DNA from: a virus
Lineage: Duplodnaviria; Caudoviricetes
Direction: 5' to 3' (one strand)
IMG/VR virus record: IMGVR_UViG_3300032246_000731
Location: 1-52,602 of that record
Length of the DNA: 52,602 nt
The notes under the pieces are model-generated. The model saw only the letters and a list, made by a program, of their open reading frames with translations. It was not told the origin of the DNA and searched no databases. Every line of letters begins with the position of its first letter. Position 1 is the stretch's first letter. This document shows, one piece after another, positions 37,599 through 50,100 of the stretch. Both the position numbers and the translations under genes were made by a program.

Positions 37599-38132
37599 TT
37601 AATAAGTGCCGCCCAAGGCCACACGACGCCATGTGTTTGTCGATATACAAATATACATATAGGTAGAATCGTAGCTGATTTGCCCAACTGTACCGGTAGC
37701 ATTTGATGCTTTGGTACCAGTTGGAATAACGAGCCCGTTTGGTACAGTAACAACACCAGCGCCATTTATAGTCAAACTGCCAGCATATCCGGGCACGTTG
37801 AAACTCATAGTGCTGGCTGTTGCGTTGTAAGGAACATAGCCACTTGTATTGTAATTTAATGAATCATTAGCAATACCAAATGCTTCATTACCTGTACCTA
37901 TACCAAATACAGCACCAGTAGTACCATTTGCAATCTTTAGTGTATAATTTGCTCCACCGGTAGTATCTGTAATGGTTTGACCTGTTGTAGACAGTGCGAC
38001 ATAATTATCTACATCGAATCCCGTAGAATATAACTCAGTAAAGTTGGCATTAATTTTGTTAAATGCCGTGCGCAACGGATCACCGTTTTTACTGTTGGCC
38101 GCTGTGCCTATGTTGATAGTTTGTTTAGCCAT
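37599..38132 (-). CDS. Short tail fibre-like protein
   Basis: INIGTAANSKNGDPLRTAFNKINANF; C-terminal GTVGQISYDSTYMYICISTNTWRRV. Confidence 0.75.
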   Translation of the reverse strand: MAKQTINIGTAANSKNGDPLRTAFNKINANFTELYSTGFDVDNYVALSTTGQTITDTTGGANYTLKIANGTTGAVFGIGTGNEAFGIANDSLNYNTSGYVPYNATASTMSFNVPGYAGSLTINGAGVVTVPNGLVIPTGTKASNATGTVGQISYDSTYMYICISTNTWRRVALGGTY

Positions 38133-41100
38133 TACATTCTCCCTACAGCAACTTGGATGACTCCAGCTTCGCCGTTGTCTTTATTTTCTAATGCCTTACC
38201 AATAATGCTACCTAGTTTTGGATCAGTAGCTTTAACAGCATAACCAGGAGTACTACTTGTTGTTAGCAAATCACCTTTACGTACACGACCCACTACCTTG
38301 ACTGGCACACGACCTTGTAGAGCAATCAAGTTCTTAAGTCCCGGACATGCCGCATACATTGAGTACGCCGCATTGTCTGAAACAACACCTGCTACTCTTG
38401 TATCGTTCATTTCGCCGGTAACTGTTACTTCTTTTTCACCGCCAAACACTAGAACAGTACCAACTTCATACTCTTCGTCGCCTTCATAATATTCTGCCAA
38501 GTCACCTGCATAGGTAGCTTGTAGTTTACTTGCACCGACTAGTGTATACACACCAGTCATTGGACAGTCTAAATCTTCGCGGCCTGTTGTAATACTGCGT
38601 GTAGTAAATGTACCAACACTGCAATTTAATGAACTACCGCTTGCTAACGACCATCTACCAGTTAACGTACCGTCTGTAGTGTTGCCACCGCTAGTCAACG
38701 ATGTTACAGTAATACTAGCACCTGTTTGACTAAAATCATGCGAGCCATAGTGTGTAGTAGTCGCTGTTGAACTACCGAGACTCTGCATAAACTTAACGTT
38801 ACCAGGTGTGTAAAATTCTAAAGTTGTGCTGTTTATTTGTAAAATGTTTCCACTTGACGGCAAGCCAGCAATCTTAATACCTTTAACATCAATCAATCCA
38901 GCACCGGTTGTTTTAACTATACTATCGTTACCACCGCTAGTGCTAATTGGTATACAATCGTATGCTTTAACTCCAGTTCTTATTACAGCACCTGTTGAAC
39001 TAGTTGATGTTGGTATATCTCCATTACGGATACCGTCACCGTTATTAACCATTGCTGTTGTTGTAGTCACGCTTACTGCCGCATTGCTTCCACTAATGTT
39101 AGCTAACACACTATTTGGTGCTATCCAAGACATCTTAGCAACTGCGATACCGTCACTTGTCGATGTAGCAGTTTTCAATGATACCCAACCGTCAGTAACA
39201 GTAAGTATATTATTGTCAAAACTTGCAAGGCCACTGGCCGCTTGTTTTTGTTTTGCTGTACCTGTTGGAGCTGACGCACGGGAAGTAGCTATAGTCAACA
39301 GTAATTTGCTTTGTTGTATATCAGCAGTTGAACTTACTTTGCCATCATTGATTGAACCATCTCTAGTAAATGTCATTGTGCCGCTTGGTGATGTACCAAC
39401 AGCACTGATATTAACAATAACAGTATTGACAATTCCAGTGACAACTTGGCCACTACTGAATCCAGTACCGCTAAGTACCATACCTCTAACAATACCAGTT
39501 GTGCTGGCTAATGTTAATGGAATAGTTGAACCGCCGGTAACTGTAGTTCCGCTTGCTTGGAAATTATTAATAACATACGTTCCTGCTACACCAATACCTG
39601 TCTTGTAATCAACAATAACTGTATTTGCCGCAACAGTTCCGCCTGTTAATATCATACCTGGAACAATAGTAATTGTCGGAGCACCTGTAACAGTTAATAC
39701 ATTACCATCAATAGTTCCAGTCAACGAACCAGCAATAACACTTGTACCGCCCGATGTATATGCGGTAGTAACTACAGCACCTTGTATAGTACTGAGCAAG
39801 GTGGAACCGTCCCAACTAATGTTTACGTCACTAGTTGTATCAAATGAAGCATTGGTCCATGCACCAGTTCCAAGTGCATTATTTGTATTTGATGTACCGT
39901 AAACTAATATTTGTCCGTTAATAACACTTGAACCCATGCGTTTAGCAGAGTCTTTAACTTTATAGATACTATCAGTATCATTAACAGTTGTGTCAACATA
40001 AAACTTGTTAGTTGCATCATTTTGTAATAGCGGTGTACCTAAACTACCGATATTAAATCCGCCCATTGACATGTTGCCCTTCATTGGCAACTGTCCACTT
40101 AAAGCCATAAATCCCGGGCCAATCAATGCTGTAGCAGGGGTACTTGCTCCAGAATGTTGTAGTCCTAGACGATTATCAATATAACCACGTGTGGCACTTT
40201 GTGTTGGTACTGTATCAGACGCATCGTTGGTCATTGAACTATCAGTTGAGAATTCACTAACTGTAACACCGCGCTTAAATCCTAAACCGTCCAAGTTACT
40301 CAACGCAATTGATGCTGAGAATGTAACAGTACCAGTACCTTGGTCAACTGTGAAGAAGCGACCCACACGGAAGATACCGTTTTGGTCAGTGGTCACATAG
40401 AACACACGACCCACTGTTTCTTCCAATACTTCTTTTGTCTGGTCTGCTTTTTGGTATGGATTACCGTAAATCTGATATGGATAGTTAGTAGTGTTGTAAC
40501 CGCCTGTACCGATATCCAACAAGTCATGAGCTGAACAACGACAAGTGCTGATGCGTGTAGTAATCTGCGCGGCCGCACCTGCTTGATAACCTGCACGTAA
40601 TGGTGTAGTAACTGTACTACTCATTGGACGACTGATACCAGTAGTTGATGGTGTAATGGTAGTTGCACCAGTTCCATATTGAGTGAAGAATGTTATGTTA
40701 CCAGTAGGAGTACTGCTTGGAGCACTACTTAATGTTAGTGTCACTCCATCAATGTCAACCGCAGTAACTTTTTGATCTGCAATAAATCCAGGACCGCGTA
40801 CTAACATGCCTACACTAATGCCAGTAGTACCGCTTACTTTTAATGTAACGCCAGTTGATCCGCTTGGATTATAAGTCGCAACTATTGCACTTTCTGGATC
40901 TATGGTATAGGCAAGAGTTATACTTGTAGTAGAACTAGCAACCACTTGTACATATTTGTTGTAGAGAGTAGTTGAGTTGCCAGCCATTAGATAATAAGTA
41001 TCAACTACAGGCGCAGTTGATTGTGTTGGTATTTCAAATGTTGTATACCAAGGGCCACTAACGCTACTGTATGTCCAAAAACCTAAAACTCCAAATGGTG

Positions 41101-44100
41101 TACTACTCGGAACTGCACTCAATACAACAGTTGTGTATGGCTCGCCTGTAGCACTTGGAGTAGCACTGATAACATATTGTCCATTAGAAAAACCGTTACC
41201 AACCACAGTTGCGCCAGCTGTAATATATTGTGTTCTATCGCTAGTGTAAACTTTAATGCTGGTAGATAAGTTGTTATAAGATAAACTCTGTGTAGTAGCA
41301 CTACCTGTAGCGGCCGCGCCTAGCACAATAGTGTTGCTTGTAATAGTTATAGTAGCACCCGTGTTATTGCCGTTACCGAGCGCTGTTACAGTAATAGTGC
41401 TGGTTGACTGAACACCTGTGTTATTAAAGCTAGTGACTGTAGCACCAGCACCAACACCGCTACCTGACAGTTGTGCTCCAACTACCAGGGTATTAAATGC
41501 TGTTAGTTGTACGTTTGTAATAACGTTACTACCGGTGGTAGTATTACCAGTAAATGTAGCAGTTGAACTAGTACTTTGGATAATGTTATCAGTTCTACCA
41601 GTTATACTACCAGTGCCAGTTGTAATGTTTGCAAGGGCTGAACCACCATATGTTTTACTAATAGTAATTGCATTGGTAGCTTTACTAATAACATAAAAAG
41701 TATTTTGTCCTACTTCCGTGGCAATCGTAAATGTTAAATCATTTACACCGTCTGTACCACCCAAGTTACCACCTGACAATGTAACGGTCTGGCCAACAGT
41801 GTAGTTTTGACCAGGAGTGGTCATAGTAATACTAGTCACACCAGTCCATGTAGTGCCGGAACCTGTTTTAGTAACAGAGAAGATTGCGCCACTGCCACTG
41901 CCATTGCCAATCTTAGCTTTGACACCAGTATAAGTGCTGGCTGATACAGTACTTGTTCCTGTAATACTTGTATATGTTGTACTAGTAGTCAATGCTCCTG
42001 GTTGCGGAATATTACCAAAAGTTGTGCCGCTACTTGTAAATGTAATGGCATTACCAACAGCTACCCCGCTTGCATCAGCTAATGTGATTGTGCTTGGACT
42101 TGTAGTGCTTGTTGCAGTTACAACAATGTTTCCAGGAATATTTGTACCACTAATATTTGTACCAGCAATAATATTAGTCAAACTACTTACACCCAATATA
42201 CTTGTGCTACCACTTGTAATATTACCAGTTATGGTTCCAGTGGGAACAAAAGTGGCCGCTACCTGTCCTCGGCTAGTCCATCGACTAATCGTAATAGGTG
42301 ATGAACTTGTACTTGTGATACTGTATTGGTTAGCGCCTAATGTGATATATGGAACAGTTGCTTTGGTAAATGTCAATGTCCCTGATGGAACACTGCTTGG
42401 CCCAGCGTTTAATACAATAGTATTGCTTACCAGTGCATATATTAAACCAGTAGGAGTTCCTGCGGTACTTGTAATAAATGTCGGGCTTGTTGCAATAGCA
42501 TTGGCATAGCTTGAACAAATTTGGATGCTTGTAACGCTGTTAACTTTACCAACATAGAAATTAACACCAGCAGTCATATTTGATGTGCCCGCCGCGCTGT
42601 ATGTTGTTCCTCCAACAATCAATGATCCAGTGCCGCCAAATGTGCCACTGATATTAATCGCCTGGCCGATCACATAAGTTCCAGATGTAACTGTTATTGT
42701 TCCAACTGTGTCTGCAATTACAAAAGATGCGATTGAACTAGGAGTGATACTGCTGATAGTTTGAGCACTGGCAAATCCAACGCCCTTAATGGTCATGCCA
42801 ACTGTTAAACCAGCAGTGCTTCCGTACATAAATGTAACGCCACTGCCTGTGGCTGTTGCGGCTGAACTGATACCTAAAGATGATGCTCCATTATTAGTAC
42901 TGATAACAGTTGTTCCTGCAGGAATTCCCTTGCCGAGAATGATTTCACCAACAACGATTCCAGTAAAACTACTTACGTTGGTAATGGTTGCTGAGCCAGA
43001 TGTAATGGTACCAGTAAAGTTTCCGCCTACTACAACAGTAGTTCCGCTTGATCCAGTTGGATTATAACCTGTAAAAACGGTAGTTGTTACCGGAGGGGTA
43101 TAACTGGCAATTGAATGAACTTTGCCACCAAATGCAAAAGCGTATGTGCCTTTGTTAACTTGGTCGATATTTGCCTGCGGTCCAAACACGTTAACAGCAA
43201 TACGTGTATCCCCAGGTGTTGAACCCATGGTCTTACTGCTATCTATCGGGTCAGTCTTGGTAACGTTTGCAGTATCTGCTTGGAACAAGTAGTACTGGAA
43301 TGATTGGTCTGTGCTCAATACCGCTTGATAGGCAGGTAGTACTTCGTTGGTAGCTTCTGTTAAGTTGTATGTTAAAACACGATAGATACTACCCAAGTTG
43401 TCTGCAAACTGAACCGCAGTACTTGGTCGTGTCGGATTAACGTTGTCAATTTCGTAGAACTTAAAGTTTTGTAATACACGAAGCTGTACTAGCTGACCAT
43501 CATATAACGGAGCGGCCAAGCCAGTACTTGATGTTCCACCAGTTCCGCTGGTACTCAATGTGCATAGTAAAACATTTTGTCCACCAATAGTAGCACTGGT
43601 GTATGCACTGGTCGACTGTATTGAAGTAACAGTGCCCGCAGTTGGAGTTGTACCTCCAATCACTTTGTAAGTGATACTTGTGCCTGAAACAATACTTGTT
43701 ATATAGACTGTAGTTGGTGTGCCACCAAAAAGTGTACCAGTGCCAGCAGTAGCAGATAATGTTGTACCAACTGCCAAACCAGTAGTTGAAGTCATTCCTG
43801 TAATGGTCGCGGTCCATGGGCCACTACCACTAATTGATCCAACAGTTCCACTACCAAATGAAGTAGTGGCAGTTATGTTAAATGTGGCATATACACCTAT
43901 ACCTGAACTTGATGTGGCATAGGTATTAGAGTACACCCCGCTACCACCCGCTGTTGGAACACCTGTATAGGTAAATGTTGATAATCCAGTATTAGTTACA
44001 CCAGTCACATACGCCACTAGGTCGCTACCAGCGTTTGAACTAAATGTCGAACCTGCCGCGGTTGCTGTGGCAGTTGTACTTAGAATAACTGTATTACCAC

Positions 44101-47100
44101 CTGTAGTGGCCAATGCTGTTGTGTTAAACGGAATGTTCGGGCCAGTAATCACTGAACCGTTGAAATTATAAGTTGTTGCACTTCCGCCACTAGCACCAGG
44201 ATCACTAGTATAACGTAGTGTTAAACTGGTCAATGTACTGGCAGTACATACAAATGTTCCATTATAACTTGCAGTAGTATTGCCAGCGATGGTATATAAT
44301 CCACCAACTAACGGTGCAGTGGCGACTGCACTGATAATATAGGTAACATAAATGTTGGGAGCACTGCCAACTTTTGTATCAAATGTCGCGGCAGTAGCTG
44401 ACGGGAACATGATCGTAGTATAGTTTGTACTACTGTAGACACCCGGATCGCTTGGGTAACTAATTGTAATACTTGTATACGTACCCGTAGTAGCACTAAA
44501 TGTACCATTGTAATTACTATTGCTGTTACCAGCAACAACATATCCAGTGGTTGCACTTGGCGCAACTGATTGTGTTGGAATTTGGAAAGTTACTAGATAA
44601 GGACCTGTTCCAGTTTTGCTTATATATCCTTGAACTAATACTGCTGGACTCGTACGAACAGCGACCAATGTACCCGCACTGGCAATAAAGTTTTGACCAG
44701 TTGTTGTATTACCAGTAAACTTACTTGATACACCGCCTAAATTCCCACCGCTAACTGTAACAGTGTCACCGATAGTCAGTGCCTGACCGTTAGTCGGAGT
44801 GCTATCGGGTGCTCCGTTTAAAGTTAATGTGATACCGTCTAGGCTTACCGCGGTAACTTGCTGTCCTCGAGTAAATCCTACCCCAGTAACAGTCATTCCA
44901 ATTACTACTCCAGCGGTGCTGGCAACAACTAGTGTTGTACCAGATGATCCGGCCGCGGTATATGTTGTGCTGACATATTTGTAATTTGTTCCCACACTTC
45001 CTGTCGGAACATACACAGTTGTATGACTAATACTGTTAATTTGATAACGCACAAGTCCTTTACCGGCCAACGTGTGATCAATTTCCAATTCACTAATTTG
45101 TGTTGGGAAATAATCATAGCCGTAGATATAAACACTAATAGCACCAGTGTTCATGTTACCATAGAATTGGTTGTTAGTTGAACTTTGTGGTAAACTTGTT
45201 GGATTAAAGATACGTGCTACTTGCGCCAGGTTTTGTGCAAGTGAAACACTATCTGGTTTCTCAGTTACATCATAGCCGCTGGCACGCAAAGCGTAGGTAC
45301 CGTGTGCTGATGATGAACCAATAGAACGAATCTGACCACCATTTAACGCCCAGAAGCTAGTCCAGCAATAGTAGGTAAATGTTGAAACTTGTTCTGTGAG
45401 TCCGCCGTTGGCCGCCAGGATAGCATAACCTAAGTCGTTAATCATTGCAAAGTCGTTGGCCAACATACTCTTATTACCAGCCATTTCAATATTGATAGCT
45501 TGGCCAGTTCCTTGTAACCACGGAGTTTGTGCTCCGAGATTTAATTGAACACTACCACCAATGACATTGCCGTTAACATCGAATGTCTGTGTGTAGTTGC
45601 TGACAGTATTAATTTGATAACGACCGCCTTTAACAAAGAAAGCAGTTGGTGTTTGTGGAGCACGAACATCAAGCCCGCTGTTGACGCCACCGGTCACAAT
45701 TAGTGTAAAACCATCTGCACTTGCGTATGTAATTGTTCCAAGTAAACGTCCTGTGAATCCGTCAACAAACTGACCGCCAGCAAACACCTGTTTATTTTGG
45801 CTACGGCTAAAACTTGTAGCAACTTGTCCGTATGGTGATTTAGATTTAATTTGTCCTTCTGGATCGAGTACCATGGCAAATCCACCATGCCCTTCCATAG
45901 TTAAATTGTTAACGCGAACTGCATTACCGCATAAAAACAAGTCAATGTCTCGGTTGTTTAATGGTGTACTATTAATATCTAATGGGTCAGTCAAATAATG
46001 ACGTCCATAATTGCTTGTTGTGTATAGATGCCAAGTTGTCGGTGCTAGTACACCAAATTGAATCGCTGATACACTAGCAGTAGCACCGCTTGTGCTACCT
46101 GTAATAGCACCGCTTAATGTGCTCATTACACCTGATGTAACTTTATAAGTTATGCTATTTGAACTTACAGACAATATTTGTCCAGTAGCCGACGAAGTGG
46201 TACCAGTTTGTGTAACTGTTTCACCAACTTGGAAAGTATATCCATTGGTATAGTTGATTGTCATTGTACCAGTTTGGCTAAATGGGTACATGACTGTACA
46301 ATTCATAAAGTTACCAGAAACACTGTCAACAACTGCTAGTCCTGGTTTACCGTTTGAATCTAACACATCTGATTGGAAAACATATCCTAACCACTGTACA
46401 CTGGCCTGCATATTGCTACTTAAAGTAATAATAATTTTGCCAATAGTTCCGCTGATTGTAGCACTGACTAATGGGCCAATCGTGGTGATTGAATTAGTGT
46501 TGAATGTACCAGGATCACTTAGGTAACGCAATGTAATTGAACTCGATGTACTGGTGGTACATGCAAATGTTCCGTTATATGATAAGTTAGTATTACCTGC
46601 AATGGTATATGTTAGTGTCGTACTAGGCACGTATGTTTGGGTAGGAATATTGAACAACACATCATATGTTGTTCCACTTACTAATGTCTTACTAACAAAG
46701 CTAGTAATATTTGTAGTAGGAACATAATCGGCGGTGGCGTCAATCGGTCCAATTTGCATACCATCGATTACTGAGTCGCGATAGAAAAATAATTTTCTCC
46801 ATGGACTTTGACTGATACGATCCAATGGTCGTATAATTGTTCGACGGAATTCGTCACCTTTGATTGAAACGTTGCTGGTCATTCGAATTGGATAATCTTC
46901 GTAGTACACTCCTGCTTCAACAAAAATAACAATTTGTAATGCGCCAACACTTTCAGCAAATTCTAATTCTTCATTCGCTACAAAGAAACCAGGTTGCAAT
47001 AGCTGACATGTAATTGTATCAGCATTACTGCTAACACCGGGACTGTAACTTAAAATATTAGCAGTGGCATTTGACCCAACACCACGTAAAATTTTGCCTG

Positions 47101-50100
47101 GTAAAATGTTGTAGTCGCCTGGAGGACATTGATCAACATAACCGTTGCCGCCGTTACTAAATGTAACAGTATAGATACCAGAACCGAAAGATGGTGTCGG
47201 TGCTACACCAATACCATTTTGTACAATGTTTAACATTACTGCATAATTGCTAGTAAATGTGGTGATAGCAGTTAGAATAAATGTTAATGTACCACTTGGG
47301 GTTCCGGCCGGAGCTGAACTTATTGTAATTGTTGTTCCGTCAACGGCAGTAACAGTTCTTCCGCCTAAGAATCCAGCACCGGTTAATGTCATTCCTGGTA
47401 ATATTGTACCAGATATTCCGCTGACAACTATCTGAGTACCTGTTCCGCTTGAGTATGTTGCTGTGGCACTATACCCGCTGTTAGCATTTTTAGTCCCGTC
47501 GATAGTTTGACTTACCAACGTCTGATATCTCGAAGCACTTGTTTGATTTAAAACTTGTAGTCCAAGTGTTCGTGCATATTGAATGCCGTCAACAGTTTCG
47601 GTATTTTGTGTGCCAATAGCGATTGATTTAGCTGACGAATTTTTATAATAGCTCTTACCAGCATTGATACTTTGATATGTTCCGCCAGTCAACAAGTCAA
47701 TGCTCATAGCATCGACAATATAGCCAATATCTCTACGGCAAGTAGCTTCGTTATAGTTAAATCCACCTTTATATTTTATATTCAAATACGCTGTAGTTGC
47801 TTGAGCAACAGCATACGAGTTAACAACCATAGTTGTTCGAACGCCTACAAAACCTGAAAGAGCGTAAGGACTGATAGATAAATCGGGTTTAGTGACTACT
47901 AAACTAGGAGGATTTAGATCGATGACATTAATGATTCTATCCCATTTGTCATTTACTGTAGTCGATGCACTACTACCACCAGGATAGTTAGTATCGATAG
48001 TTTGCACAACGGTATATGTAGTAGCGGTTGTAATACTCCATGTTCCTGGATTGCTTGGGTAAGATACAACCATAGTAGTATCTGTACAAGAAACAACACT
48101 AACAGTAGTATTAAATCCCACAGTTGTATTGCCAGAAATTGCAACACTAGTTCCAGGATCCATTGGAATAATTGTTTTAGGAATATTTAAAGTTACCAAG
48201 TATGGGCCAGTGCCAGACTTACTAACATACGTTACTGTTTTTGGTAGATATTGTTGATATAAAGATGCTGGAGTATTATTTCCTGCAACTGCGGCCGATA
48301 ATTGTTGTGCATATCCTAGCGCGGCTATTTTTGTAGATTTTTCACTAGCATCAATGGTACTTGTATAAGTGGTCACACCATTTACGACTGCACTTGTCCA
48401 GAATAAATTAGCGGCGGTTGTTGATCCGCTAGTACTTCCGTAAGTTACATCATATGCAACAGCTTCGACTAATGAGCGTATATCTCTGATCCATTGATCT
48501 TTCCCATCACTATCAACGTATGCGAAAGAAGGATAGTTTTGTTTCAACCAACCCGCTACTTCTTGACTAATAAATGCAGTATTTTTAACCAACATGATTG
48601 CGGCATTTTTAGGACTTGCCGCCAACGTTGATGGTGCGTTAAGTGATAACAAAGATCGGTATGTCAGACTCTTTGTTAGTGTATCAATAATCACTTGGAA
48701 TAAGCTAGTAATTCCTGTAATTGCACTTGAATTATTAATATACGGATAACTGTTGTTAACGAACAATACTATTGAGTTAATAGTTGTTGATTTGTTTGTA
48801 TTAATATTTCCATAGATTGTTACAAGTGTTGCGGCACCTAATGCATAATTTGGGTAAGTAATGGCCGGCGCAATATTGGCTGATAATAATCCGGCATAAG
48901 TTGCGCTAACATTCATAGTAGCTGATGTTAACGAAACCGACACACCGTTTAATTGAGTGCTTATTTTAAAATGTGTAGTGTCGGTGATTTCAATTATGTA
49001 ATAAGTATTTCCAGCAGTAATGCCACCTAAGTAAGGAGTTAAAATTGTAGTTCCAGTACCATATATTCCAGGATCAGATGGATAACTTAATACAATAGAA
49101 GTTGCTGTTCTTGAACTAACTGTGAACGTACCGTTGTATGATGTATTACTATTTCCGCTAACTGTAAAGCTAGAGCCAACTACCGGCAATACTGTTTGAG
49201 TTGGCACTACTACTGAAACCAAATATGGACCTGTTCCAGTTTTGCTTTGAAAACCTGTCACTGTAATAGTCGATGTTAAATCAAATGTGATAGGCATACC
49301 AACAGTCATGTTAACCGTTGATGTAGTTGTTAACGCACTACCAGTAGCATTAGTAGCTAACACGCTAAATGAAGTGCCTGATATTAGCGATATAAGATTT
49401 GAAACTCTGGAACTTTGAGCAGAGCCGCCGCTATAGGTTTGATTCTGATATTGACTAACACTATTTTGATAAACTTGCGCAGGGCTGGTATTAGAAATAA
49501 TTGCTTGTGCTAGCGTGTTTATATAAGCAATGGCACCCTTGGTCGCATTAAGTTCGCTCGATGCTATTTGCCTAGCATAGTTAGCCCAGTATCGTTGTCC
49601 TGCATAAATTGTTTTGCTGTTGCCGCCATACTGTTGATCATAGGCGATAGCTTCTACGATATACTTTACATCTCGTTTACAAGTTGATTGACTGTAGGCA
49701 AGTTTAGGATAGTTAGCACCTAACCATGCAACAATTTCTGCTTGTATAAATGATATGTTGCTTATCAATAATGTTCTTGCCGATACTTGACTTGTTGTTG
49801 TAGAAACTAACGGAGTCATTGATAATGCAGGCTCAATTCCTCCTTGAATTACAACTATCATAGTACTAATGTTATTTGTAAATGAATTTACTGCCGCATC
49901 TACTGGATTACCTAGCAGTGATGAACCGTTAATCAATGCGATTTGTAATTGCTGTAATGCTCCAATAATTTCAGTAACTGACAATCCAGTATTAGCATAT
50001 GAGAAATATCGAGCCATCAATATACTTTGATAGTTAGAATTAAACACCATATCGATATTAAGTGCATCGATTACTAGATTCAAATAAGTGTTAAGTGCTG